A stretch of DNA of 64,000 bases. Source: Utricularia gibba. Its lineage: Eukaryota > Plantae > Magnoliophyta. The position numbers and the translations under genes are program-made. This document shows positions 11,334-23,606 of the stretch, piece by piece (positions within the stretch are counted from its first letter, which is position 1; each line of letters starts with the position of its first letter). Location: the NCBI GenBank assembly GCA_002189035.1, contig CM007990.1, forward strand, positions 3,720,001 to 3,784,000. Reading direction: 5' to 3'. Under the pieces are notes generated by a model. The model did not search any database. It saw nothing but the letters and a program-made list of their open reading frames with translations, and had not been told where the DNA came from.

Positions 11334-12793
11334 CTATTTCCAAAACCCTTTTGATACAGAGCCCATCTGCTCTGGTTCTGGTCAAGTGTACAAATTAGAG
11401 GAGTTCCATTACAGAACAATGGAGCAATGGTTGTTTTTCTTGTTTACCTGCTCTCCTTGGAAATAGCCATTGTAGAAGTTTGCCACTGCTCTTCCTTGAT
11501 GGTTCCCTACTATGTCTGAGTTCACGAAAGTCATTGAAAGGATTAGATTCAACGGAAGCTTATTGTAGAAAGCCATAGAGTTTAGGAGTGGCTCACCATC
11601 GCTATTCGAAAAATATGCTGTGAGATCAGGAAAACTGACGTTTTGGGGTATCTGTTCCAAGTATCCAAATGAGTTCATCCCATGGTTGAAGGAAGGAGCA
11701 TTCACTGAAGGGACAGTGGGTTCTCCGCCCATGAATGTAGAAATCGATACTTCTTCTGTAGCATTCGTGTGTTGCGCGTAATTGTTGTCTCTGTGAAAGG
11801 CTGTTGAATGGCCGCCATGGCCATCTACGCAATTGATCATTGCACCACTCATCCTCCACATTATTTCAGCATTGATCCTCTGAGCCAACAGGGCATTTTC
11901 AGCACCACCACAACTGTCTGCCAGGTTGAACTGAACTGGTTCAAGTGTCCTCCACACGCTTGGTGCAGCTTCGAAATTCAGGTGCAACTTCTCTTCATTA
12001 AGAAATGCTACGGAGGATTCTGCATCCTGAGAGCCAGGGCTTTCATGTTCTGCCATGAAGTGGAGAGAATCACATGCTAAAGTAAAGGTAAAAAGAAAAA
12101 AACCGACTAAAAGTTCGAAGCACACAAGCAAAGGGGATACTGCTGACCAAACACATACTCGAATGGACCTGGTACGCATTAGGTGGAAGAAGAGGAGCAA
12201 CTTCGACGGTATTCATTTGCTGCATTAGCTCAACCTGCTTGTCAAGCAACTCATTGAATCTCATGATCTGCTTTTTGACACCTAGTCTCACATTATAATG
12301 TCTGAAAAAATCCTGGTTTTGAGCTTCCAGTCTTTGCCACACTGAAAAGTCAGAGTAAGATGCTTTAGTCGTTATGAGAATACCGAAAGAAAAACAAACC
12401 CAACTAGATGATTACCGAGCTCGGTGAAACTGGGCTCAATCTTGGCCTGATAGAACAGGGTCCTAACAGCTTCTCTCTGGCTCATGTAAAGTAGAAGACA
12501 TCTCTCTATTAGATTCTGAACCTGATAACACACTAAAAAAGAATAAGTTTGGCCGACTAATTAAAAAAAAAAAAAAAAAAAAAAAACTCCAAACCACTCG
12601 TGTTATGTACTTCCACCAAATACAAACCAACTTGAACAAAGGATTTGGCCGTATGTTACATAGGCTATTCCCAGTTCATTTCAGTCTCAATACTTTATAT
12701 TCAACGAGACATACAAATCTATAAGAGAATTACGCAGGAACTCACCACTTGAATGTCTTGCAAAGAAACTTCTCTATGTTGTCCATCAGACAT
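11334..12793 (-). CDS. Plant-specific TIGR01589 / A_thal_3526 family protein (At3g10250-like). Exons 12793-12746, 12521-12416, 12341-12159, 12076-11597, 11515-11448 and a last exon ending ~11334 (acceptor uncertain)
   Basis: Spliced N-terminus MSDGQHREVSLQDIQV|VQNLIERCLLLYMSQREAVRTLFYQAKIEPSFTELV|WQRLEAQNQDFFRHYNVRLGVKKQIMRFNELLDKQVELM is the family domain. The introns I could place are GT-AG and phase-compatible. Confidence 0.88.
12562..12586. repeat. Poly-A tract in an intron
   Basis: Run of ~25 A. Confidence 0.9.
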
Positions 12794-15149
12794 GCCACGC
12801 ATCAACTGCACATGGAAAAACAGAGTGGAGGGCTATACTTCAACCCTGGTATCCAAAAATTCTCAATCAAACCTAAATAAATAAATTAGATTGGCCACAT
12901 ATCGTATTCAATCAACATTCATGGTTACTGAAAATCTAGCATCCACCATGTTTTTCAATCGTAACTTTACATCAATCACATGATTGTTGATTCATATTCC
13001 TCAGAACCAAAGCGTTTTTTTGGTAACCACCCATGTATCTGATTCTTCAGCACCTTAACCGATACAAATCAAAACACCTTAAAAGAAAAACGAAAACACG
13101 ATTGAACAGCGTTTTTTATTCTTTAGCTTTGAAATCGTCTGATGAACCCCATAAACGAGAAACCAAAACAAAACTTACACTAATAAAACCCACTCTAAGA
13201 ATTTGCAGACGCTGTGAGTATTCTCTTTGCCTTCAATCACCAAACATGAGGAAATGAGGGAGCATATCGCGCGGCTTTATAACAGATTTATCTGATTATT
13301 TATTCTGTTTTTATTTTTTATTTTTTCCATACGTCGTTTTCTGAGTATACGAATTCAATTCAATGATGAGTAATTTTTCTTTATGTTTTTCATAATTACT
13401 CTAATTATTAAAATATATAAATTTAAGCCCTATCACCCTCTCTATTCTCTGGTGATGAAGCTGTAAATATTATATTTTATTTAACAACATGCATAATATG
13501 GGCCCAATCCTGTAAAATAAATACTAGTTAAGCTATTTATATTTTTTCTTTTTTCAATATATTCAGTTTTTAAGAAATATAGTATTAAATTTAATATCCA
13601 AAGCATAAAAAATTTAAAGGTACGTTGCTCTTTTTAATGACATTTTTTTACATCATTTATTTATAAGCCTTCAAATTAGTAAAACTGATATATTAAGTAT
13701 TCATAATTAGGGCTGTATATACCTTATTATTTTTTTTACTGAATATACTACCAACTTTTAAAATTCAGTATTAAGTTTTTAAGAATTTCGATAAGCAGAT
13801 AAGTTATTAATTAAGATCAGTAAATAACCAAATTCAGGTATTTTATAAATCCACATATATTCATCCAAAACGTTTTACATCAATTCAAACCTTTCGTAAT
13901 ATGTTAATACCAGGAAAAATTTGCATCTTTTCAAGATAATTAACTATTATCCTAGTAATATTCATGATATCAATTTGAAAATATAAAGAGATGTTTTTAT
14001 CATTGTAGGTATTTGATATTAGCAATCATTTTCAATAGTCCACTTACTTAATACTTGCAGCAATACACCATTGATTCCCTAGGCCATCTCACTAACTTCT
14101 ATAATGAAATCTTTATTATAATATGTCACCTATCTTTTATACTCTACTTTTGTTTGACCTTCCTTGTTTTTCTATAACGGGATTTATTTTCGAAAAAAAT
14201 AAGTTGAATACATTATTAGATTATTGACATGTCTACTTTGCTTGAACATCTAGTAGCATTGCATAATCCAACTTTTAGGTCCACCTCCATCTCTAAACTT
14301 TCACTATTGTATTAATTTATCTATGATGTATATTGCTCTCTTACCCAACACATGTTCATTTTCAAAGATTTTAACCTAATGATCTTATATATTAGTGGAG
14401 AATGTTATATATAAACATAAAGATGAAATTTTCTAAAAATCACAAATAAATATCAAGGATTTAATCACAAACTTTTCACAATTCTAACTAGAGTTCAGGA
14501 ATTACTTTAATCATATTAATACCTTTTTCTACAATTTGATAATATGTCTATCAACATATTATATTCATGTCTAAGGGTTTGTCTTAGATTTGATGTAAAA
14601 GTCACTTTCAAACTAGTTATTAGATTAATGATTTTAAAGCATAGCAGAATTCTAACTTGAGTCCATTCTCATTTCTCTAGTCATCATCCATAACTTGAAA
14701 TGATGAAGACTTCAATTCTTCAAGCCTCAAGGCTCTCTATTTTATAAAACATCATGAAGGGTGAATCTAGTACTTTCTCTTCTTCCTCAACCAATATCTA
14801 CATTAGTTGAAGGTAATATTAATTAATTAATTATTTTCTTCTTTGAGTGATTAGCCATAGGCTGTTTTTGAGTATTGTATGTGTTGGTAAATATTATTTT
14901 TTGTAAAGATATATTATACTTTTTGGAACTGGTGAATTGATGATGATATTGGTTGTTAACTTGGTGGGTTGATTTATTCATTTTTATTTTATGAATATAA
15001 TTATGTTGGTGGATATATTAGATACAATTTTATAATGATGAAATAGATATAAATTGTACGGTTTTTTTAATATTTTTGTAGATGGATAATAATGAAAAAA
15101 TTGATGGCACACCTTTATCAAATAAAAGAAAAGAAAGCAATCAATACTA

Positions 15150-16269
15150 GGGCTACGTTTGGTTGGATAGTTTAGGTAGGTTGTGGCATGGGTTTAAAGA
15201 TAAACCCACGTTTGGTATGTGAGTTTCAGATGGATAAAAATAAACCTGGCGAGAACCCATCGAACTGAGTTTAACTAAACCCAAGGAGGGTGGTCGGTAT
15301 AGCTAAACAAGGGGTATTAGTTCCAATTTTACCCTTACTTCAACAAAATTTGAATGCAGATCTACAAACCAAACGCAAACAGGTTCGCGAATTGCCAGCG
15401 GTGTCGCGTGCACTGGTGCAAACAGGTGGGTCTTTCGGTACATGTGTTTTCTATTCTTGGTGGGTTTGTCTACGGTAGCACGTCTAAGTGGCTGTGTTCT
15501 CTGATTTTTTAATTTCAAAATTGATGGTGCCGTGTGTATGTGTGTGTGTGTTTGTGTGTGTTATTGCTTGATTTATCTGCTGGAGGAAATCAGACATGGA
15601 ATAAGTTGCGTGACGAGCAAGCTGAGGTGATGTAACGAGTGGCTCACAACCCGCAGATGCTGCTAATGTAGTCTTGCTTTAGATTGTCGTGTTATTGCTT
15701 TTCCTAAACGATCATTTGGGACATATCATAACGTTTGTACTGGATTTGTTAAGCGCAAATTGTATGCATTACAAAGTCATAAGAAGCATTGCGTACATAC
15801 ACATCCAGTGCACAGCCATAGATACATCGGGTGTACTCCAACATGAATACTAATTTTCATGGTATCCGGTGCTTGCTGCAAGTGATGGTGGGATTCTACC
15901 AATGTGCTGCATGTTAGTATGGAATAACACGGTACTACATGGTGGACCATTTGAGTCGGCACTGCGATCTTCAAACGAGGTGCTTCAAAAGACGTGTAAA
16001 GCATGATGAAAGTACATGGAGAAAGGAAAAAACAAATTATAATAAAAAAGATTAATTATTGTTGGGGGAGGTTATATTAGTAATTTTATATAAAAATTCA
16101 TCACAAACCTAATTTTATATTTACACACCAAACGTGTTTTAGTGTTAAACTCAAATAATTTAAATTCATCAACCAAACACGAATAATCTTCTAAACCCAT
16201 AAAATCCATTTATCTAAATTTAAATAAACTAAACCCGGGTTTAAGTCTTATCCAGCAACCAAATGTGGA
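15150..16269. mobile_element. Non-autonomous PIF/Harbinger-like element with imperfect TIRs
   Basis: Left end GGGCTACGTTTGGTTGGATAG...ATGGGTTTAAAGATAA...CACGTTTGGTATGTG resembles the reverse complement of the right end (ACATTTGGTTGCTGGATA...ATGGGTTTAGAAGATTA...CACGTTTGGTGTGTA). Internal GNQTWNKLRDEQAEVM* resembles a PIF transposase C-terminus. Confidence 0.55.
15532..15560. repeat. Imperfect (TG)n microsatellite
   Basis: GTGTGTATGTGTGTGTGTGTTTGTGTGTG. Confidence 0.8.
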
Positions 16270-16645
16270 GAAGTATATTTTGGGTTTGAAAGTATTTTAC
16301 AAAATATGAAGATTCCGAGTAAAATAAAATGTGAAATAAGGAGAAGATATAATTATTCTATTATATTGTAAACATTACAATCAAAGATGTTAGTAAATAT
16401 ATTCCTAATCCTAATAATTAAACATGATATAAAAAATTCATATATCTTAATTTAAATTTAAATAAATTAAGTCATTTTGTCCCAATTTCTTTCATCACAC
16501 ACGTGTAATCTTGTTGGGTCGGGCTATCGGCCCATTTGTGTTACAATATAATCACAAAAGGCAGCGTGGTGTCGCTTTGGTTTTTTTGCCTCATTTCGCT
16601 CTGTAGCTGGGACACTGTGCCGCTTCAAGTTCTCGTTAGGGTCTT

Positions 16646-19406
16646 ATGGCAGCCGTAAAAACCGCCACCAATTCGCATGCTCCGATGGAGGTGCTCTCCA
16701 ACGGCGGCAGTGGGATTAGGGTTGACGATTTGAAGCGTATAGACATCACTAATTTTTCGCAATCAGAACTAATGGCCCTTTCTCTGACTTCATCTTCCGC
16801 ATTCGACTTACGCCGTACGGAAGATGTTGTTTCTCCTCAGGTCGATCGTTCTGTCTTCAATGAGTCCGCTGGAGGCCGTCGTCAGACCTATTCTCACCTG
16901 CACCACCGGTCGCACTCCCGCCTTCCGGGTCTACATCCCTCTTTTAAAGCCCACCGCCAATCTAATGCTTTATCGGATCCGGTGAATCACTCGGTGTTGC
17001 ACTATCTCAAGCACTTTATTGATGGGGATGACAATCCTCCCCCGCCTCCTCCGCCTCCGCCGCCGCTGCACGAGGAAGAGATAAAGTCTGTGTATTTTCC
17101 GCATATGGGGTTGGGGATCCAAGAAAATTATGGAGTTCAGCTGGGGGCGATAGGGAAAAGAAAGAACTTGGGTGAAAACAAGCTTTTTGAGAATGGGTTT
17201 GTGGTGGAATTGCAAAAGGTGAATGACCAAGGTGAGACTGTGGATCTTGGGGAATTGGAGAAAAATGGGGATGAACTCTTTGCTGGGGAGTTGACAAAAA
17301 GAACAATGGGATTGGAGGACGAAGAGGCTGTTTTGGGATTTTTACGGGAACTGGATGGACAGTGGTGTAGCAGGAGGAAGAAGAGGAAGTATGTCAATGC
17401 GAGTGTTTTTTGTAATGCACTGCCGATTGGTTGGAAAGTGTTGCTAGGACTTCGGAGACGGGATTCGCGAGTCGCTCTATATTGCCGCAGATTCATAAGG
17501 TGATGATCGGCAAAATAATACTGCTTCTTCTGTTTGCTTGGTTCATGAGAGTTGTGTCAAGCATTTTTATACTTTTTCCATTTGTCTGCTTGATTGATCT
17601 CTGGGTTCTTGTGTGCTTTGTGGCGATTTTTTCAATTTTTTAAAATTGGATTTTTTCCCATCCTGCAGTCCTGCTGGACGGCAATTCATGTCATGTGTAG
17701 AGGCTGCTGCTCATCTTAAATCCTATTTTGAGTCTAGTGGTGCCGATCAGTGTAAAGATGAAAAGGCAGGGCAGGTTTGTGTTTTCTCTTCAGATATGAT
17801 TAGCCTTATGGCGTCATTCATTTCAGGCAGTTCATTTTAATTTCAAATGTGCTGCAGAAGGCAAGAGCTGCTTCCACCACAAACAAGAATGTGCAAGGCA
17901 AGGAAGTCATTTCAGCTGTGGGTGGAAGCTTATCTCATTCACGTGTGGATGATCGGTTGAAGGCCATTGATGATCTCTCTGAAGTTCAAGTTAAGGATAT
18001 ATTTGAATGTTCTAAATGCAGTTTGACATTTGATGATAAGAAAGTTTATTTGCAGCATGTGCTGTTATCCCACCAGAAATCTGGTAAAAGACACAAATTT
18101 GGGAGACCCATTGGAGAGGGTGTTATAATTAGAGATGGTAAATTTGAGTGCCAGTTCTGCCACAAGGTTTTTGATGAAAAGCGTAGCTATAGTGGCCATG
18201 TTGGAATCCATGTGAGGAATTCAGGAAAAAATTCTGGTGAACTCATCAATACTCTAAGTACCAGTAAAAACATAGACACTCTACCTCCGGAAGCAGTCCC
18301 TGCAACATCTTTGAAAATGGAAGCTGTAGTTGAAATTGTTCAAAGGGCTATTTCTGAAACATCCGTCCTTGAACCTAGTGTGACAGCTGTATCTGATCCG
18401 CCTCCCAGAATTGAGTGTTTAAAAAATTCTTCAGTTCCTGGTGAGACACCTGCAAAAGTGGGTTCTGATTCTGCGGAAGTGCATGAAGATGTGGTGAATT
18501 CTAATATAGCCATGATCGAGGACTTGAATCAGTGTACTACAGTTATGACAGATAGCCATGACATGGTTAAGAATGATTTTGATTGGAATGTAAATGTAGA
18601 AATGGATGCAAGTTGTATAAATGACTCTGAACATACTCGTTCAAGTGAAATTGAGAAGTTTGGAGCCATTGATTTGGACATAAGCTATGAAGATAGATCT
18701 GTGAAGCCAAGTGATGGTAATATGGATGATAAACAGCCGCTAACGGACTGCTCTCCAGTGCCCTTGGTTCAATCATTTCAGTTCTTCCCCCCGTTTAGTA
18801 CATCAGATAAGGTATGATCTTCAGCCTCTCTGCAATTTGACATGCTGATCGTTGTGAACTTTCCTTGTTCCTTGTCATATAGTTTTCTGAATTTCCTTTC
18901 CCCTTCTTCCCATGTGCATCAAAATAGGTTATTCATCAATGTAGCAGCCGCTGTTTTGACAAATGTATACACGTGCTGTGACGTTTGCTGGTTGATTCTT
19001 ATACCGATGTATTCTCTTACAATTGGTAATTGTTTTTCAGGTTGGGAACGAGTTTTCTGTTGTTGATCAGAAGCTTGATAGCGTTACAGGGTTTGAAGAA
19101 CTTAGGTTCGATGATATAGAGCCATACATTCCATCTATGGCTGGGGGCTCCATGAACTTGGCAGATAACTCAGGGATGGAACTTGGGTTCGGTTCCTCAG
19201 TTGGATTTGGCTCTGAAGGTGTAATTCTGAGCTCGATGAATACGAATCGGCTGACCGTGTGCGTATGGTGCAGATCAGAATTCAGGCTGGAGGGCATTGA
19301 ATCAGAAACTCCATCTGATTCTATAGGATATATGTGCCCAACGTGCAAAGCTAAAATTTCTGGCCACTTTGGTGGCAGCCTGTCCATGGATTTACATGAT
19401 TTCTGA
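16646..19406 (+). CDS. MBD8: MBD8-like methyl-CpG-binding-domain protein with C2H2 zinc fingers. Exons 16646-17499, 17669-17774, 17858-18811, 19041-19406
   Basis: Motifs SQSELMALSL...DRSVFNESAGGRRQTYS and GQWCSRRKKRKYV...LPIGWKVLLGLRRR...YCRRFI|SPAGRQFMSC (MBD). Zinc fingers FECSKC...H..LSH and FECQFCHKVF...GHVGIH. C-terminal CVWC...YMCPTCK. Canonical splice sites in phase. Confidence 0.9.
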
Positions 19407-19769
19407 TCCATCTTCCATCTTGCGAGACGTGCATAACCATCTTTGTCATCTTTTGTATCAACGAGGTTTTTTGTCTTGAAAGTTCGAGAAAGGCTGAATT
19501 TTCTTGTCGTAATGATATATGTTCAATCCAATAGTCATACAAATCTCCAGAGAGCAGTTGTTGAAGACAATATGACCCCAGCAGATGTTACATAGAAACA
19601 ATGTAGTGAAAAAAACAAAAAAAGAAAAAAACTACCCACAACAAGGGAAGAAAGACAGTAGTTAATAGGAAGTTGAGTAGCATCCTGCATGTCTCTACAT
19701 GGACTGATTCCTTCAAGAATCGAAGCAGAAGACTAGACATTTTGAATCTTTTTGTACCAATTCTGACAA

Positions 19770-21201
19770 CTAGAATCGAACCACAATGCATGAGATATCG
19801 TCCTTGCTATCCCTATCCAGAGCTTCTTGGCTGAGTTGCCTGGCCGCTTTCTGAGGATCCTTGATGCTCTTGGCGATATCTACAGCCTCCTGATTCGACA
19901 TCACCTGAATGAAGTAGAAAGACTTCATCAGGTTCCCATCTCTTATTTTTCATGTCCAAGTTTGACACAAGCATGCAGTGATGAAGGGTACAGAAGAAAC
20001 CTTCCAAAGGCCATCACTAGCAAGGATGAGGAGATCAGTATCCATATCAATCTCTGCGCTTTTTACATCAGGATCTGATCGCAAGTGTGATTTCAAGTTC
20101 TTATCTCCGAAAGCACGGGAAACCGCTAGTTGTCCGTTCACTCTAGCAACATCACCTGATCATGGAAAGGCTATGTGCTCATTCCAGACGAGAAAGAAGG
20201 GAATTTTCACACATCTGCTGTGCACATACATACATTACCTGGCATGTTTGAAACGAATCCACCTTTGACTATAATGCTATCACGTTCAGTGTTGGTGTTC
20301 GGCTCATGATCAATGGTCATCTGTATTGCCTGCCCTTTCCGGGAGAGCACTCCTCGTGAATCTCCGACATTGGCCACCCAAATGGTCCGGCCGTTCAAGA
20401 TGATAGCCGTGACAGCGGTGGAGCCACCGGTCCCCAAAACCGGCTCTGACAAAATTGCCTGATCGGTACTCTCATAGGCTCTTTTTAGTGAAGTCCCTGG
20501 ATCCCTCCAAAAGTGCTCCTGGAATAGTTTCCGAAGCTCCCTAAGTCATCCATCACGCTGTTTTCAGGCACTGGAAAAGAAGGCTACTAACCTCTTTCAA
20601 GATGTTAGAAAACAAATGTTTCTGTAGGTATGCCGGCACAGAATTCCCAAGATGGCCGTCGAATATGGCGAAAAGCCCCAGCTCGTAGCCGCGAACCCTT
20701 GTGAACCTGGCGACATGATAATCCTCCATGGGATGATTTGCCTTCCCTTTTATTAAACAGAATCCAAACTTGATAATTCCATCATGGTTCTTTCCCTTTC
20801 CCGAGCAGATAGATGAAGTACGCCCTGAAGGCTGGAGCACAGCAGCAGCACAGATCAAACAAAGAGCATATCATTGTAACGCAGCATATGAAACAATCTT
20901 TTCATTTGCAATCTCAAACAACTGTCTATTTAATCTCCATATTCATAGTTCCCTCTCTTCAGTCCGCAGCACGCCTACCCTCTCACCAAATTTGATACAA
21001 AAGCTGATGAAAAAACTAAAAGATAGCAACCATCTAGGCACAGACCACTGGTGAGCATTCAATCAGAACCATTGGCGGGGCATAACAGAACGATATGCAT
21101 GCTAACATCACCAGAGAAGGATCATGTGTAGTCACTACGAAACATGAATAAAACATAGTAAATCTCACCTTCGAGGAAGTGAAACAGCACAGAGCATCCA
21201 T
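19770..21201 (-). CDS. Protein phosphatase 2C (clade F, At1g22280/At1g34750-like). Exons 21201-21169, 20831-20592, 20518-20239, 20155-20001, 19904-19770
   Basis: MDALCCFTSSK|PSGR...KGKANHPMEDYHVA...LFAIFDGHLG...|EHFWRDP...GGSTAVTAI...VANVGDSR...DHEP...|GDVARVNGQLAVSRAFGDK...ILASDGLWK|VMSNQEAV...SKDDISCIVVRF*. All GT-AG. Confidence 0.95.
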
Positions 21202-22019
21202 GTTCCTAAAAGCTCCTCAGCTTCAACATCAGACCGCCAGCGGAATTAAAAAAGGGTAAAGGCCCTGATCACCAGAACTCAAAACTGTTGGTAAGTCTAC
21301 AGATTGAAAAGCATCCTGATCCTGAGAAAAAGAATCAAATCAAATCAAGTTGTTGCAGAAAGCGTGAAACTTGACTTGACCCACAAAACGAGAAACCACT
21401 AAAAATTTAAAGGGGACATGGAGACTTCAAATCGGGAGAATAGAAAAGAAGGGTTGCAGAGGAAAAAAGTTGCATAAATTTTGGGGAACTGGGCTCCTCA
21501 CCTAATTGACTTTTGGCGTTGATTAATATTCCTTGGCAGTGCGAGAATTGTCCCGTCCCAAGTAAAATGTTCCAGTGCTGTCAGTCAATGGTGCTGCAAT
21601 TTTATTTTATTGCTATTTTGTCCGAACTTGCTTGCGCTGTTACTTGCTGCTGCTGCTGCATCCTGGGCCGAGGTTCCCTCACGAGCTGTGAAAACTTTTG
21701 CTTTCTTCTTCTTCTTCCTGCAACGCCCCCCCTTTCCCTAGTTATTCGGGTCTTCTTGTGGGCCCCTTCTCTTGGTCAACTATCACCTTCGTCGTCTTCT
21801 TCCCATTTTTTTGTTACTTATTTACAGCAGTAACACACATTTCAATAATTTTTATTCCCTTCGTGACATTTGCTCGCGCATATTAATTATCTCTCTAGAG
21901 AATTTATCTTCCCATTTAAAAAAAAAGGAAAAGAGTATTCATTTTATCCTGTACGGAACGCTAAAACTGAGCCTGTTCCACATTCGTATTTACTCAAAAC
22001 GATGACTGAACTGTTTCGG

Positions 22020-22720
22020 CTAATTTTTAAAACTACCCACTGTTATCATACCTGTTTACAAAAGTACCCATTATATGTATTAGGTGTATTGTGTGTATAT
22101 AAATTTACAAAATCACCCTTTGCTTAATGTATAAATAAAAATTATATTATAAATATTATAATTTATATTTTCATAATACTTAATAATGATTTTCAGTAAA
22201 ATGTTTTTATTGAAAATCATCATATAAAACCAACTCATTTTTATAATAAACAATACTTTTTAAATAATATTAATACTAATAATATAGATATGATAAGATT
22301 AAAATAATTTTTGATCTAAAACCAACTCGTTTTTATAATAAATAATACTTTTTAAATAATTTTAATACTAATAATATATATTTTATAAGATCAAAATAAT
22401 TTCTAAATTAAAATCAAATCGTTTTTATAATAAAAAATACTTTTAAAATAATTTTAATACTAATAATATACATTTCATAAAATCAAAATAATTTCTGAAT
22501 AAAAAATTATTTACTAAAAATATTTTATTTAAAATCATTATCAAGTATTATAAAAATACAAATTATAATATTTATGATATAATATTTACATACACATTAA
22601 AAAGAATGGGTAATTTCGTAAAATTACATACACACACTACACCACATTACACACAGTGGGTACTTTTACAAATAGGTTTGGTAACAGTGGGTAGTTTTAC
22701 AATTAACTGTTCGTTTCCCC
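22020..22720. mobile_element. Mutator-like foldback element/MITE with ~200-bp TIRs and internal tandem repeats
   Basis: Left arm AAAACTACCCACTGTTATCATACCTGTTTACAAAAGTACCCA... matches the reverse complement of the right arm ...TGGGTACTTTTACAAATAGGTTTGGTAACAGTGGGTAGTTTT. Similarity continues about 200 bp inward. Confidence 0.85.
22226..22500. repeat. Three tandem copies of a ~92-bp AT-rich unit
   Basis: Unit AAAACCAACTC(A/G)TTTTTATAATAAA...TAATACTAATAATATA...AAAATAATTT starts at ~22226, ~22318 and ~22410. Confidence 0.85.
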
Positions 22721-23606
22721 ATTTTAATTACCCTCATTAGAACCCACGTGTCAAATTGGGGAAGTAATTGTTTTGAGAATTTATTTGCAATTTTTTTTTA
22801 TGTTTTAGGGCTGGGAAAATAATCCTAATTGATAAAATGATAGACGATACAACATGTACAAATTATAGTGTTTTTTAGTACTGCTTCACTTCCAAAAAAG
22901 AAGTGTCTTTTTGTTACAAACAAACACCCCAAGCACTTCAAAAAAGCACAAAATTTAAACCACTTGATATTTTTTGGTTCCAAAAATTCTTTAAAAAATA
23001 AAACTATCCTTAATGGACTTTAAACGTACCATCGAATGCTGTGTTTGAATATAGAGAATATTTTGTTTATTTTATCTAATAAAATAGAATTTTAGTGAAC
23101 AAAATAATATTTCCATTTTCGATAAAAAAAAATGTTCATTTAAAAAATCCTCATATTCTATTTACAATCATAGGGGTGTTTGGAATTTTTCTTAAAGAAC
23201 ATATTTTTTAATATACTTTCAAAGAAATAATTTCTATTTTTTTTTTTTACATGTACCGCTTAATGCTTGCTTGTGGACTGTGATTGCCATACTTTTCATA
23301 GAGGTATATTATCACTTTTTATTTGCGGACCTTTTCACCTCAAGTGGCTATTTGGTGTTCTACCCGATGAGCCATGAAAGCCTCCAGAAGTCGAAATCAA
23401 GATTCCAAATAAATTTTAAATTTCAAAAGAAATGTACAAAAAGATGAGTGCGCTTACTGCTTACTGGGTGGCATCACAGAACCAGTGAATTACAACAGGT
23501 TTTACTGACTGTGGGAATATGAATTACTTTTTATGAACCAGGCTGCTGCAGCAGAAACAACAAGAAATGTTAAATTTGGAGAATGGATTTCTAAAGAGAG
23601 TGGATT

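Noticed and set aside
13700-15100. Possible highly decayed DNA-transposase sequence on the minus strand
   Set aside because: Only scattered short motif-like words (e.g. SRHVNN, VRWP). No family could be assigned.
22226-22500. Tandem array as a CRISPR-like locus
   Set aside because: Contiguous 92-bp units with no unique spacers, in a plant nuclear context without cas genes.
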